Assembly (NCBI GenBank): GCA_965209235.1
Contig: OZ242382.1
Location: 490,403-554,402, forward strand
DNA length: 64,000 nt
DNA from: Gammaproteobacteria bacterium
Lineage (GTDB): Bacteria > Pseudomonadota > Gammaproteobacteria > G965209235
Reading direction: 5' to 3'
Positions within the stretch are counted from its first letter, which is position 1; the number at the start of each line of letters is the position of its first letter. The translations under genes and the position numbers were made by a program. Shown here in pieces: positions 48,605 to 59,203 of this stretch. Below the pieces are notes generated by a model. The model had not been told where the DNA came from. It saw only the letters and a program-made list of their open reading frames with translations, and did not search any database.

Positions 48605-49945
48605 CTAAGATCGCCACACCCGCTGACAAAACTGAAGCACGTCTTCCATCGCGTTTTCGAGTTGCTTCAGGCTCCCGCACGAGTAGGTGGCGTCGGTTTC
48701 TGCTTCATACGTTGGCATCGCGGAATCACCGCTCCCCCACTGGGTGCGCGCTTCTGGGTTCAGCCAGACCACGCGCCCGCCCAACTGCCGAAGTTCGCGC
48801 AGATGCTCGATACCTGGACTGCCATAGTTGTTGCGGCCATCACCCAGGATCACAATCGCCGCCTTGTTGCTGATGCCGGATCGAATGGAATCCAAGAACT
48901 GTTCCATCGACGTCGCATAGTCCGTGCTACCGCCGCCGTAGGCTTGCAGTGCCTTTTCCATCGCCACGAGCGGCGCAGCTTCCCGGAAGTCAGCCGTGAC
49001 CTCGCCGGTGCGGCTAGAGAACACAAAAGCCCGAATATCTCCCACCACTTCCACAAGGGCGTACAGAAATGTCAGGAAGAACCGCGAATAAGACTGCATC
49101 GATCCCGAGACGTCGCAAAAGGCATACACCATCGGTTTGCGCCGCATGCGCCTGCGCCACAAGATTTCGACAGGCACCCCGCCGGTTGCCGAGGCGCGCC
49201 GCATGATGGCTGGGATATTGGGCCTGATCTTATTGCCGCTCTTACTCGGTCCGTAGCGCCTCGCCATCTGCTTGGCAATGCGTCTGACTAACCGAAGCAC
49301 ATCATCAAAATACATCCGATCAATCGCATCCATGCGTGATTTCGCGAGCATTTCCTCGCGCAGCTTCTGACCGTGCTTATCACCATACAGTTCAAACGCA
49401 CGCTGTGCGCGCGCTTTGGCCTGCCCCTCCATGATGGACAGGCGCGCCTTGAGCCGCATGGCCTCAAAGCCGTCCCCGTCTCCCTCAGCTTCCAGTTGCC
49501 TTAGACGTGCGCGCAGGTCGGGTTCGCCCAAGGCATCGGTGAGCCGCCGCGCTGCGACAGATTTTTGCGTGAAATAACGCAGTTCTTCTGCGCCACCGCT
49601 TGGAGCAGCCTCCGCCATCTGCACGGCGATATCAGCTTCGCTATCGCCTAGGCCTCCGCCGCCCGCGGATGGTGGCGTGTGCGAAGCACTGTCCTCGGAT
49701 TCGTGCTCAGACGAATCGGGGGTTTGGCTCGTCGCAATTGAGAAAAACGCATCGAATACGCGGTGAAATGTCTCGGCATCATCGGCGCGCCTTGTGAGTG
49801 TTGCTTGCAGCCCGGTCCGAACATGATGTTGGGCATCCCAACCGGTCTTATGCAGCGCAGCGGTGGCATCTAAGACGTCACCAGGTGCCACCTCGATCCC
49901 TTGCGCACGCAATGCAGCTGCAAACGCAGCCAGCGTTCTATGCAT
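48605..49945 (-). CDS. VWA domain protein, CoxE-like
   Basis: It shows CoxE-family conservation and a C-terminal VWA domain with a MIDAS DxSxS motif (CDVSGSM). It overlaps moxR by 8 bp. Confidence 0.8.
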   Translation of the reverse strand: MHRTLAAFAAALRAQGIEVAPGDVLDATAALHKTGWDAQHHVRTGLQATLTRRADDAETFHRVFDAFFSIATSQTPDSSEHESEDSASHTPPSAGGGGLGDSEADIAVQMAEAAPSGGAEELRYFTQKSVAARRLTDALGEPDLRARLRQLEAEGDGDGFEAMRLKARLSIMEGQAKARAQRAFELYGDKHGQKLREEMLAKSRMDAIDRMYFDDVLRLVRRIAKQMARRYGPSKSGNKIRPNIPAIMRRASATGGVPVEILWRRRMRRKPMVYAFCDVSGSMQSYSRFFLTFLYALVEVVGDIRAFVFSSRTGEVTADFREAAPLVAMEKALQAYGGGSTDYATSMEQFLDSIRSGISNKAAIVILGDGRNNYGSPGIEHLRELRQLGGRVVWLNPEARTQWGSGDSAMPTYEAETDATYSCGSLKQLENAMEDVLQFCQRVWRS

Positions 49946-50879
49946 GGACGGCTTTCAGAAGCTCCGGTATTTGTTTCTCGACTTCGTGCGTGTCTCTGCG
50001 GTACTTCATGAGAACCGACAAGGTTTTGCGCACCACGTCTGATCCCAGCACATCCACATGCAGCAATGCCAGTGCCCGCGCCCATTCCACCGTTTCACTG
50101 ACTGCAGGCTTCTTGCGAATATCCAGCGCGCGCACGGCATGCACAAACGCCACCAGTTGCGACCGCAGTCCCTCTAGCACTTCCGGAACGCGCGTAGCGA
50201 CGATCAACTCCTCGCGCGCACGATCGGGGTAGTCAATGAACAGGTGCAGACACCGGCGACGCAACGCATCCCCAATATCCCGGGTGGCATTACTGGTAAG
50301 GATCGTCAATGGCGGATGCTTGGCTTCCCGCAATCCCAATTCGGGAACCGTGATCGACCAACCACTGAGGATCTCTAGCAGTAGTGCTTCAAACTCCCCG
50401 TCTGCCTTGTCGATCTCATCGACGAGCAGCACCACCGGCTCGGGCGACTCAATGGCTTGTAGCAGTGGCCGGGGCAGCAAGAAGCGCTCGGAGTAAAAGA
50501 GATCATCGGTTTGATCTAACACTTCAATGGCCGCGTTGAGATCTCGCCCGGTTGACATCGAGTCGAGTTGCGAGCGGAGCAACTGCGTGTACAGCAATTG
50601 TTTGCCGTATTGCCACTCATACAACGCCTTAGCATCGTCAATGCCTTCGTAACACTGCAAGCGCAGCAACGGCCTGTTCAGCGATTTACTGAGCGCCAAA
50701 GCCAGCTCCGTTTTGCCAACGCCGGGGTCTCCTTCGATCAGCATCGGCTTATCCAAGGCGCCGGCAAGCCATGCGGTTAGCACGGTCTGCTCATCGGCGA
50801 TGTAACGCTCGCTTGAGAGTTTTTCGGTGAGTTCAGCGACGCGCTGTTCAGACGTCCCGCGGAAGATCTCGTTTGACAT
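49938..50879 (-). CDS. MoxR-family AAA+ ATPase (CoxD-like)
   Basis: It has a Walker A (GDPGVGKT) and the MoxR pattern; it is 313 aa. Confidence 0.9.
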   Translation of the reverse strand: MSNEIFRGTSEQRVAELTEKLSSERYIADEQTVLTAWLAGALDKPMLIEGDPGVGKTELALALSKSLNRPLLRLQCYEGIDDAKALYEWQYGKQLLYTQLLRSQLDSMSTGRDLNAAIEVLDQTDDLFYSERFLLPRPLLQAIESPEPVVLLVDEIDKADGEFEALLLEILSGWSITVPELGLREAKHPPLTILTSNATRDIGDALRRRCLHLFIDYPDRAREELIVATRVPEVLEGLRSQLVAFVHAVRALDIRKKPAVSETVEWARALALLHVDVLGSDVVRKTLSVLMKYRRDTHEVEKQIPELLKAVHA

Positions 50880-50885
50880 ACTGAC

Positions 50886-52703
50886 TCAGTGCCCCGCTGT
50901 GGCGCCAGCCTCGGGACCCACCAGTTCTTTCGCAACAAAATCGTTGATCCGTGACTCCAAGATATCGAGCGGCAAAGCACCACCTTCCAGCAAGGCATCG
51001 TGGAAACGACGAATGTTGAACTTGGCGCCGAGTTGATTGGAGGCACTGTCGCGAAGCTCAATGATCTTGCGCTGGCCAATCATGTAGGCCAATGCCTGCC
51101 CTGGCATCACGATGTAGCGATCAATCTCGTTTTCGATGTCATTGATGGGACGTGGGGCGTTATCCGCAAAGAATGCGATCGCTTGCTCGCGCGACCAGTT
51201 CTTGTAGTGCATTCCGGTATCCACGACTAAGCGCACGGCACGCCACATTTGGTAGCTAAGCTGCCCAATCTTGGACGACGGCTCTTCATACAACCCAAGA
51301 TCGTAGCCAAGAGTTTCCGAGTACAAGCCCCATCCTTCGACAAATGCGTTATATCCGCTGGTGCGGCGGAACAACGGGAGGTCCAACCCTGTTTGAAGCG
51401 CGATCTGCAGGTGGTGTCCCGGCATCGCTTCGTGGACCGTCAACACTTCGATCTCAAACTTGGGCCGCGTTTCCGGCTGATACAGATTCACGTAGTACCA
51501 GCCAGGCGTCGAGCCATCGGCTGACGGACGGACGTAAAAAGCGGTCGTTGTATCCGGGGCGCTCTCCGCTGGAATCGGCCGCACGCCATACGGAATCGGC
51601 GGCAATCGACCGAAGAGTTTCGGCAAATACGGGTCGATCTTCTTGGCGGTTGCACGATAGCGTTCGAGTAACGCGTCTGCGTCCTTGAAGTAAAACTCGG
51701 GGTTGGTACGGAGATACCGCAGTAAGTCGGCGTAACTGCCTCGGAAATTCATCTCATCACGCGCGATCGCACTGATTTGCGCCCGCAGATCTTGCACCAA
51801 TTCATGACCGAGTGCGTGGATGTCATCCGGTGTCATATCGGTGGTGGTGTGATGTTTCGCCATCGCGACATACCAATCAGCGCCATCGGGTTGATTCACC
51901 AAGCCGACTTGATCGGATGAGTTGGGGAGGTAGACGGTGTCGAGGAAATGGGCCATGCGTTCAAAAGCTGGCACGATCCCGTTCATAATGACGTCACGGG
52001 CCCGTGAACGAATGCTCACCCGATCCGCTCCGCCAACGCTGTCAGACATCGCTTTGGCTGTAAACACATTCCAAAAAGGGCTGTCTTCCGCTTTGCTGAC
52101 AATTTGGGTGGCCACCTGACGGCGGACCCGCGAGATCACGGGACGCGGCGGAACAAACCCGGCGTCAAGTCCGACGGTCGCGTTACTGATATCTTGATCA
52201 ATGACATCCTTGAGCGTCTCCATGCGAGACACCCAATCGTAGTATTGTTTGGCTGTAGTGAGGGGCACACGCTCGGCAAACTCGTGAAATAACTGGACCC
52301 CGTTGCGGTGTTCAAATGGAAGCAGCTCGTCGCGATACTGATCGACAGCTTCGCGCCCCACGTAGCGCCGTTCGAATAGCTCTCGATTGAGGCGCTCGTC
52401 GGCAGACAGTGCCGAAGGATCGACCTTGGACAACTTCGTGATCATGTCCCGGTTGGACTGGCGCCGCGCTTGCACGATGTCCGGAGACGGCACGGTGAGT
52501 TGGTCGTTGTAGCGCAAGTCACCTAAGACAGTCGCCCACAACGGGTTCTCGCGCATATCGCGTTGCCAACCCTCGTCAATAAGCTGCGCTAAGCGAATGC
52601 TGTCCTTTGACCTGTTATCCGCGTCGGCTGCGGCATCAGGATCTGACCCACAAGCAGAGACCGCAAAAACGGCCGATAGCGCCCATCCAAATTTCTGATT
52701 CAT
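50886..52703 (-). CDS. DUF885-family lipoprotein (putative metallohydrolase, HE..PGHH motif)
   Basis: It has a signal peptide with a lipobox (AVSAC) and the HEAMPGHHLQ motif characteristic of DUF885; it is 605 aa. Confidence 0.75.
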   Translation of the reverse strand: MNQKFGWALSAVFAVSACGSDPDAAADADNRSKDSIRLAQLIDEGWQRDMRENPLWATVLGDLRYNDQLTVPSPDIVQARRQSNRDMITKLSKVDPSALSADERLNRELFERRYVGREAVDQYRDELLPFEHRNGVQLFHEFAERVPLTTAKQYYDWVSRMETLKDVIDQDISNATVGLDAGFVPPRPVISRVRRQVATQIVSKAEDSPFWNVFTAKAMSDSVGGADRVSIRSRARDVIMNGIVPAFERMAHFLDTVYLPNSSDQVGLVNQPDGADWYVAMAKHHTTTDMTPDDIHALGHELVQDLRAQISAIARDEMNFRGSYADLLRYLRTNPEFYFKDADALLERYRATAKKIDPYLPKLFGRLPPIPYGVRPIPAESAPDTTTAFYVRPSADGSTPGWYYVNLYQPETRPKFEIEVLTVHEAMPGHHLQIALQTGLDLPLFRRTSGYNAFVEGWGLYSETLGYDLGLYEEPSSKIGQLSYQMWRAVRLVVDTGMHYKNWSREQAIAFFADNAPRPINDIENEIDRYIVMPGQALAYMIGQRKIIELRDSASNQLGAKFNIRRFHDALLEGGALPLDILESRINDFVAKELVGPEAGATAGH

Positions 52704-52720
52704 GACCTGTATTCCTGTGT

Positions 52721-52748
52721 CATCTGTTGGTATTGTCTCACTCTCGCG
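52721..52748. promoter_or_regulatory. Pho-box-like repeat (CTGTGTCAT-N-TTGTCTCAC) in the 45-bp phoU/DUF885 spacer
   Basis: TGTCAT- and TGTCTCAC-type half sites resemble the E. coli Pho box CTGTCAT. Their spacing and orientation are not canonical. Confidence 0.25.
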
Positions 52749-53474
52749 TCACCAAACATCTACGTCGCCGTGACGAATGTCCTTCCCTTTGACTTCCCAC
52801 ACCAAGTGCTCTAGCACATTTTTGATGTGATCGCCCACGCGCTCAAAGCACCGTGCGATACGAAACATGGAGAAGTTGCCATTGTCTGTGGTACTGCCTT
52901 CGGCGCGTAAACCTTGCGAAACCGGGATCAGCATCGCCTCGAATAAGCGATCAATTTCCTTGTCCGCTTTGTACACCTCGGCAGCCAGTCGCATATCGCG
53001 ATCCCGCCATGCCACGATGCAGTTGGTGAGTTGGCGCTCGATTCCCGACACCATCGCCCACAGATCCGCAGGCACCTGGCTGGATTCCACACCGCGCTCG
53101 TGCATCTTGGCCGCTTCTTCAATGGCGTTGCTAATCTCATCCCCGATGCGTTCGAGATCCGGCACCATTTCAATGATAGAAATGGCCAAGCGGAAATCAG
53201 TTGCACTCGGCGTGTACATCACCAAATAACGCACGCATCGCGAGCGCATAGCGTTGTCGGCAGCATTAATGTCTCTTTCTGCAGTCCGGCTGGCTTCGAT
53301 ATCTCCGGCAGTATCAGGAGTCGTCGCCGCAATCACACGCCGCAAACGTTTGATCTGTTCGCTGAGTGAATCGCCGAGCGCCAACACGCCATCAACAAGT
53401 TCACGCAGGACCGATGCGCCTGCGCTCCCTTGGACGCGCCGCGGCCCAAGCGCCGTGTTTTTTGCATCATCCAT
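52749..53474 (-). CDS. phoU: Phosphate signalling complex protein PhoU
   Basis: It has two PhoU repeats and is 241 aa; it lies immediately downstream of pstB. Confidence 0.9.
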   Translation of the reverse strand: MDDAKNTALGPRRVQGSAGASVLRELVDGVLALGDSLSEQIKRLRRVIAATTPDTAGDIEASRTAERDINAADNAMRSRCVRYLVMYTPSATDFRLAISIIEMVPDLERIGDEISNAIEEAAKMHERGVESSQVPADLWAMVSGIERQLTNCIVAWRDRDMRLAAEVYKADKEIDRLFEAMLIPVSQGLRAEGSTTDNGNFSMFRIARCFERVGDHIKNVLEHLVWEVKGKDIRHGDVDVW

Positions 53475-53501
53475 GTGTGTCTCCCGCTTTCTCCAAAAAT
53501 C

Positions 53502-54323
53502 CTAACCAAAACGTCCGGTGACGTAATGTTCTGTTCGTTGATCAATGGGACGCGTAAACACGTCCTCTGTACGTCCGAATTCGACCAATTGACCCACATA
53601 CATAAACGCCGTATACCGCGAGACGCGCGTGGCTTGCTGCATGTTATGGGTGACGATAGCAATCGTATACGCTGATGACAATTCCGTGATGAGTTCTTCG
53701 ATACGGCGCGTTGAGCGCGGATCGAGCGCGGATGCTGGTTCATCGAGTAACAAGACTTCTGGCTCGACGGCCACAGCGCGGGCAATCACCAACCTTTGCT
53801 GCTGGCCACCAGAGAGAGCCAGCGCGTTATCGTTCAAACGATCTTTGACTTCATCCCACAAAGCTGCTTGTTTGAGAGCGACTTCAACGCGGCCTTCGAG
53901 CTCTTTGCGCCGCGCGCGTCCTTGAATGCGCAGCCCATACGCCACGTTCTCAAAAATGGATTTGGGAAATGGCGCGGGACGCTGGAATACCATGCCCACG
54001 CGCCGGCGCAAGGACATCACCTCCAGCGACTTGTCGTACAGATCGACTTCTGTGCCTGCCGACTCTCGAAGGAACAACTGTCCCTCGACGCGACACCCAT
54101 GCACGAGATCATTCATCCGGTTAAAGCAACGCAGCAAGGTTGACTTACCGCAGCCACTTGGTCCGATGATGGCCGTCACCGCTCGCCGCGGGATATGCAC
54201 GGTGACATCATGCAGCGCGCGGGTCTGTTCGTAAAACAGGTTGAGGTTGCGCGAACCCATCACACTCTCTTCGAGGGGCGCGAGTTTGACGGCCCCAGGG
54301 GCCGGAGCGCGGTGATCACTCAT
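53502..54323 (-). CDS. pstB: Phosphate ABC transporter ATP-binding protein
   Basis: It has Walker A, the LSGGQQQRL signature and Walker B. Confidence 0.95.
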   Translation of the reverse strand: MSDHRAPAPGAVKLAPLEESVMGSRNLNLFYEQTRALHDVTVHIPRRAVTAIIGPSGCGKSTLLRCFNRMNDLVHGCRVEGQLFLRESAGTEVDLYDKSLEVMSLRRRVGMVFQRPAPFPKSIFENVAYGLRIQGRARRKELEGRVEVALKQAALWDEVKDRLNDNALALSGGQQQRLVIARAVAVEPEVLLLDEPASALDPRSTRRIEELITELSSAYTIAIVTHNMQQATRVSRYTAFMYVGQLVEFGRTEDVFTRPIDQRTEHYVTGRFG

Positions 54324-55993
54324 CCGTCGTATCTCCGCTGACGTTCACGCATCGCATTACGCAGCACGATGGCCGCGAGGTTCAACACCACCACGATCAA
54401 GACTAACAGCAGCGCTGTGGCAAACGCATGACCGCGCGCCGCATCGACGTCGGGGCTTTGAAAGCCCAAATCGAACACATGAAAACCCAAGTGCATGAAC
54501 TTTCTCTCGGGGTGAATGAATGGAGATTCCAAATCAACGGGCAAGTCTGGTGCCAATTTCACCACACCGACCAACATCAAAGGCGCAACTTCACCCGCAG
54601 CCCGCGCAACCGCGAGGATTAATCCCGTCATGATGGCCGGCATCGCCGATGGGACCACCACCTTCCATAACATCTCCGCTTTGGTCGAGCCCAGCGCGTA
54701 CGACGCCTCACGAAGCGTCTGCGGAACACGGGCGAGACCTTCTGCGGTCGACAAGATCACAACCGGCAACGTGAGGAGGGCTAACGTCAACGCAGCCCAC
54801 AACAATCCGCCAGTCCCGAGGGTGGGATCCGGCAATCTCTCGGGGAAAACCGCTTGGTCAATGGCGCCACCAAACAGATACACAAAGCATCCAAAGGCAA
54901 AGATTCCAAACACGATGCTCGGGACACCCGCGAGGTTGGCAACCGACACCCGAATGGTGCGAATGATCCAGCCGTCTGACGAGTATTCGTGTAGATACAC
55001 TGCGGCGAGCACCCCGATGGGCATGACAAAAATCGTCATCACCAGCACCATCATGACCGTGCCATAAATCGCAGGAAAGACGCCCCCTTCGGTGTTGGCT
55101 TCTCGCGGATCTGCACTGAGGAATTCCCAGACTCGCGAGAGCCAGACGCCAGCCTTTCCTAGCCACCCGAGCCGGTTGGGTTGGACGATCCTCACCACCT
55201 CACCGAGCGGCATTTCAATCCGCTGTCCGGTCGCGGTTCGCACAATCACCTGAATCTCATCAACGACCGCATCAGCGTCACGAATCGCTTCCGTCACCAA
55301 TGCAAAGCGCTCATCCAGTGCCGCACGGCGTTGCATGAGCACGTCTTGCGCGTCTGCGGTCAGTTCACCGTCGAGTTCGAGTTTCCGCCGCTCAATCGCC
55401 AGTGCCGTCAGCGCTTTCCCGATATCGCCGGCATCATCATCACGCACCCGGTGAAGCTCACGTACCGCGGCCTGAGCTTCAGAAAGATGTTCATCTGCAA
55501 GCGCCCGGGGGTCACCGCGAAGCTCTTCGACACCCCTGGTGACGGACTCAATCCATCCGATCGCGGCCCCATCGCGTAGTCGTTCAATGAACGCGACATC
55601 CTTGGGATACGTCACCGGGCTCTTAAACCACGCGCCATACAGCGTGCGCGACGTCCCCGCCCCAAATTCTTTGTTGCCCTCGGCGATCACCATACCCACG
55701 TCATCTGCGGGGCCGCCGGCGAGCTCAATCTCAAGGTCAGCGGCTGTCACTGCGTCAACATGAAAGGTCTCGCGGACTTGTCCCGCCAGCGTTTCTACAT
55801 AGCCCTCGTGGTATTCATCGTATTCAATCATCACGATGGGTTTAGGCCAAAACGCCCCCAGCCCTTGCACCGCCACGTATCCGATCAGAGTCGCCGTGGC
55901 GAGCAACATCAACGCCAATCCGGCACCGGAGAACCACACCATGGCGACGCCATCCCGGCGCCACTCGCGAAAGCGCCCTGACATGCCTTTCAT
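54320..55993 (-). CDS. pstA: Phosphate ABC transporter permease PstA (long form)
   Basis: It has an ABC TM permease domain, is 557 aa as in Pseudomonas, and overlaps its neighbour by 4 bp. Confidence 0.9.
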   Translation of the reverse strand: MKGMSGRFREWRRDGVAMVWFSGAGLALMLLATATLIGYVAVQGLGAFWPKPIVMIEYDEYHEGYVETLAGQVRETFHVDAVTAADLEIELAGGPADDVGMVIAEGNKEFGAGTSRTLYGAWFKSPVTYPKDVAFIERLRDGAAIGWIESVTRGVEELRGDPRALADEHLSEAQAAVRELHRVRDDDAGDIGKALTALAIERRKLELDGELTADAQDVLMQRRAALDERFALVTEAIRDADAVVDEIQVIVRTATGQRIEMPLGEVVRIVQPNRLGWLGKAGVWLSRVWEFLSADPREANTEGGVFPAIYGTVMMVLVMTIFVMPIGVLAAVYLHEYSSDGWIIRTIRVSVANLAGVPSIVFGIFAFGCFVYLFGGAIDQAVFPERLPDPTLGTGGLLWAALTLALLTLPVVILSTAEGLARVPQTLREASYALGSTKAEMLWKVVVPSAMPAIMTGLILAVARAAGEVAPLMLVGVVKLAPDLPVDLESPFIHPERKFMHLGFHVFDLGFQSPDVDAARGHAFATALLLVLIVVVLNLAAIVLRNAMRERQRRYDG

Positions 55994-58161
55994 GCGCCGC
56001 CTCCATAGCGCCGGCGCAACCTGACTCGGAGATGCTCGGCCACCAAGTTAATGATGAAAGTCAGCGTCAGCAACAGAGTCGCGGAGAGAAACAACAGCCG
56101 GTAATGCGTGCTGCCGACTTCTGATTCCGGCATCTCAACCGCGAGGTTGGCAGAAAACGTGCGCAGCCCAGAAAACGGTGAGAAGTCCAGCAACGGTGTA
56201 TTCCCGCTCGCCATTAAGACGATCATCGTCTCTCCAACCGCCCGACCCAGACCGACCATGCAGGCCGCGAACAGTCCCGGCGCCGCTGAAAGCGCCACCA
56301 CACGCCAAAGCGTCTGCCAATGAGAGGCGCCAATGGCCAGCGATGCTTGGACCAGTCGCCTCGGCACGGCAAAAAAAGCGTCCTCAGCAATCGAGAAGAT
56401 GACAGGGGTGACAGCGAAACCCAAAATCAATCCCAACACCACGGCATTGCGCTGGTCGTACGTCAATCCAAGCTCATCCAGCATCCACTGGACGGTCGAC
56501 ATCCCAATCGCTGTTTCCTCCAGCGACCGCCCGAACATGATCAGTAGCACCAACGCGCTGAGCAAAACAGGCACCACCAACATGGCTTCCCGTCCCTCGG
56601 TGAATTGGCGCCATTTCCAAGGAGCGGCAACCAAGAACAACGTCAGCACAATCAAGACGATGGGCATTCCAAAAAGCAATAGCCCCACGGTGAGCAAGTG
56701 GTCTTCCACCAACGGCGAAAGCACGATGCCTCCAATCAACCCCAAAATCACCGTCGGCAACGCTTCGGCCATCTCAATCGCTGGTTTGATCACGGCTCGC
56801 GCACGAGACGACAAATATTCGGCGGTATACAGGGCGGCAAAAAGGGCCAGCGGCACGGCGAGGAACAAGGCATACAGCGCCGCCTTCAGCGTCCCCGCAA
56901 TCAGCGGCACGAACGAATACTTGGGTTCATAGCTCGCATGACCCGCCGATGACTGCCAGACATAGGATGCCTCGGTGTAACCGTCGTACCACACCGCGCC
57001 AACCAGACTGTGGATGGATACCTCAGGATGATGGTTGTCCACCTCATACACGGCCAAGCCATCTGGACGTTGCACAAGAAGCCGTGCGCCGCTGTCATCA
57101 AAACGGATGGGATCGCCAACTTCGCTGGGGAGATACAACACTCTCTCGCCTGTGGTGGCAGACCACAGTGAAAGGCCGTCCAGAGCAGCGGCGGCAACGA
57201 TCTTGCGGCCGCGCTCTGTAATCACACTCGACACGCCCACGATATTCCCGTACTGCGTGGTAATGACGGGGACATTGGCAGATCCAGCCGGCTGCACCCG
57301 CGCCAGTTCACCCCCTGCAAGCGAGACCACCAAAGAGGATCCGCCTGACAACCCAGCCACATGTTGCACCGGCCTAGTCAGTTTGCCTTTGATCACGCGC
57401 TGTGGCCCCTTGATCGGCAACAGATCCACTTCAGATGAGCCAAGGCAGACCACAGAGACGCGCCGTAGGGTTTCTCCGATCACACCTCGCACATTGTTGG
57501 AGGCGCACTGATGCTCAAACGAGCGAGTCCGAGGCGCACTCGCAGCATCAGACCACGTCCACGTGCGAATCAACTCATGACCAGCCACCACGAGAACCCA
57601 ATCGGACTGATCCGATCGCATGACCGCTTCGCCGCCGGCACCAGCAATCCACGCCGCATCGTCATCCGTCAGGCGGGGACCATCCTCCATCCGGCCACTG
57701 AAAGTGATGGACAGGTCGTCTTCAATGTGCGCGTCAACGCGGGACTTCCAAAGCCGCACTTCGTCGTGACCACGCTGAATCAAATACTCCCCGTGGGTCT
57801 GTAACACGACACCAGAAGGAATGGACGCCACGCGCCCCTCTTCAATCGTGTCTCCCGTGTCAAGCATGCGCAGTGACCACTGGCCAGTCTCATTTGTCCA
57901 CATCGCAGCGCGCAAGCCGGAATCCACGGACGATAACGTCAACCCTTGGGGAACCGGCGCGACAGACACCTGCGTGGCAGAGGCCGGAATCAGCAATGGC
58001 ACCGCCACCGAGAACAGATAGCCGAACATCAAGATCAAGGCGCCGACAACAAACCAGCCGCCCAAACGCGCTAAAACTGCCGCCGATCGATCGATCACCA
58101 ACCGCTTGGTTTCTGCCTTGAGGCGGCCGACCAACGGCGGCGTCTCTCTTACGTCAGTCAT
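55990..58161 (-). CDS. pstC: Phosphate ABC transporter permease PstC (long form)
   Basis: It is 723 aa with a large periplasmic N-terminal region followed by a permease domain. Confidence 0.9.
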   Translation of the reverse strand: MTDVRETPPLVGRLKAETKRLVIDRSAAVLARLGGWFVVGALILMFGYLFSVAVPLLIPASATQVSVAPVPQGLTLSSVDSGLRAAMWTNETGQWSLRMLDTGDTIEEGRVASIPSGVVLQTHGEYLIQRGHDEVRLWKSRVDAHIEDDLSITFSGRMEDGPRLTDDDAAWIAGAGGEAVMRSDQSDWVLVVAGHELIRTWTWSDAASAPRTRSFEHQCASNNVRGVIGETLRRVSVVCLGSSEVDLLPIKGPQRVIKGKLTRPVQHVAGLSGGSSLVVSLAGGELARVQPAGSANVPVITTQYGNIVGVSSVITERGRKIVAAAALDGLSLWSATTGERVLYLPSEVGDPIRFDDSGARLLVQRPDGLAVYEVDNHHPEVSIHSLVGAVWYDGYTEASYVWQSSAGHASYEPKYSFVPLIAGTLKAALYALFLAVPLALFAALYTAEYLSSRARAVIKPAIEMAEALPTVILGLIGGIVLSPLVEDHLLTVGLLLFGMPIVLIVLTLFLVAAPWKWRQFTEGREAMLVVPVLLSALVLLIMFGRSLEETAIGMSTVQWMLDELGLTYDQRNAVVLGLILGFAVTPVIFSIAEDAFFAVPRRLVQASLAIGASHWQTLWRVVALSAAPGLFAACMVGLGRAVGETMIVLMASGNTPLLDFSPFSGLRTFSANLAVEMPESEVGSTHYRLLFLSATLLLTLTFIINLVAEHLRVRLRRRYGGGA

Positions 58162-58198
58162 CGGGTGATGTGCGCGAGCTTACAGCAGTGCGGAGCGG

Positions 58199-59200
58199 TC
58201 ACTCAAGAACAGTCAGCATTTGCGTACGGACCGACGGCGGCAGCGGGACGTAGCCATCTTTGGCAACAATCGCTTGGCCTTCATCCGACAGCACAAACGT
58301 GAGAAAGGCACTTTGCAGCGCGCCTAGCTTCTGGCCGGGACGTTGGTTAACGTAGATATACAGGTGACGTGCCAGCGGGTAGTCGCCAGATGCCGCGCTT
58401 TGCGCAGTCGGAGCCACCACAGGTTGCCCCGGCTCTTCGCTCACGGGCACAGCCACGACCCCTGCCGTCACATAGCCGAGCCCGGAGTAACCGACGGCAT
58501 TGCGAGATGATGCGACTGATTGCACCACGGACGCCGATCCTGGCTGTTCATTCACTTGACTCTTGAAGTCACCTTTGCACAGTGCGACCTTCTTGAAGTA
58601 CCCGTAGGTCCCTGACACAGAGTTTCGGCCAAAGAGCTGGATCGAACGACCACGCCAGCGCCGGTTCTTCTCCAGTGAGTCAATCTGGCCCCACCGAAGC
58701 ACGTCTTCGTTCGCGCCGCAGGAACGCGTGCGTGAGAAGATCGCATCAACCTCCTGCAAGCTCATGCCGGTTTTCGCTACGGGATTGCTGCGATGCACAA
58801 AAACGGCCAGCGCATCAATCGCAACGGAAATGCGGGTAGGTTCATAGCCAAAGCGCTCGCGAAACGCCCTGATCTCGCCTTCCTTCATCGCGCGGCTCAT
58901 GGGGCCAAAGTTGGACGCACCTTCCACCAACGCGGGGGGTGCCGTCGAGGAGCCGGCCGCTTGAATTTGCACAGACACTGCGGGATGCTGCTCGCGAAAA
59001 GCCTCAGCCCATAGCGTCATCAGGTTGGCGAGTGTGTCTGACCCGACCGAACTCAGTTTTCCCGCCACATTCGCGGGGGGTTCATACGGTTTCGCCGCCG
59101 CAGACATAACCGCGGCAGAACAGACACTCAGAATCGCCCAAGAGATAGACAGAACGATGCGCGGGCGCAGTGAATACATGGGTCCATCTCGCAGAGGCAC
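58199..59200 (-). CDS. pstS: Phosphate-binding protein PstS
   Basis: It has the periplasmic PBP-2 fold and sits in pst operon context. The signal peptide starts at the internal Met (MYSLRPRIVLSISWAILSVCSA). Confidence 0.85.
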   Translation of the reverse strand: MPLRDGPMYSLRPRIVLSISWAILSVCSAAVMSAAAKPYEPPANVAGKLSSVGSDTLANLMTLWAEAFREQHPAVSVQIQAAGSSTAPPALVEGASNFGPMSRAMKEGEIRAFRERFGYEPTRISVAIDALAVFVHRSNPVAKTGMSLQEVDAIFSRTRSCGANEDVLRWGQIDSLEKNRRWRGRSIQLFGRNSVSGTYGYFKKVALCKGDFKSQVNEQPGSASVVQSVASSRNAVGYSGLGYVTAGVVAVPVSEEPGQPVVAPTAQSAASGDYPLARHLYIYVNQRPGQKLGALQSAFLTFVLSDEGQAIVAKDGYVPLPPSVRTQMLTVLE

Positions 59201-59203
59201 CGG

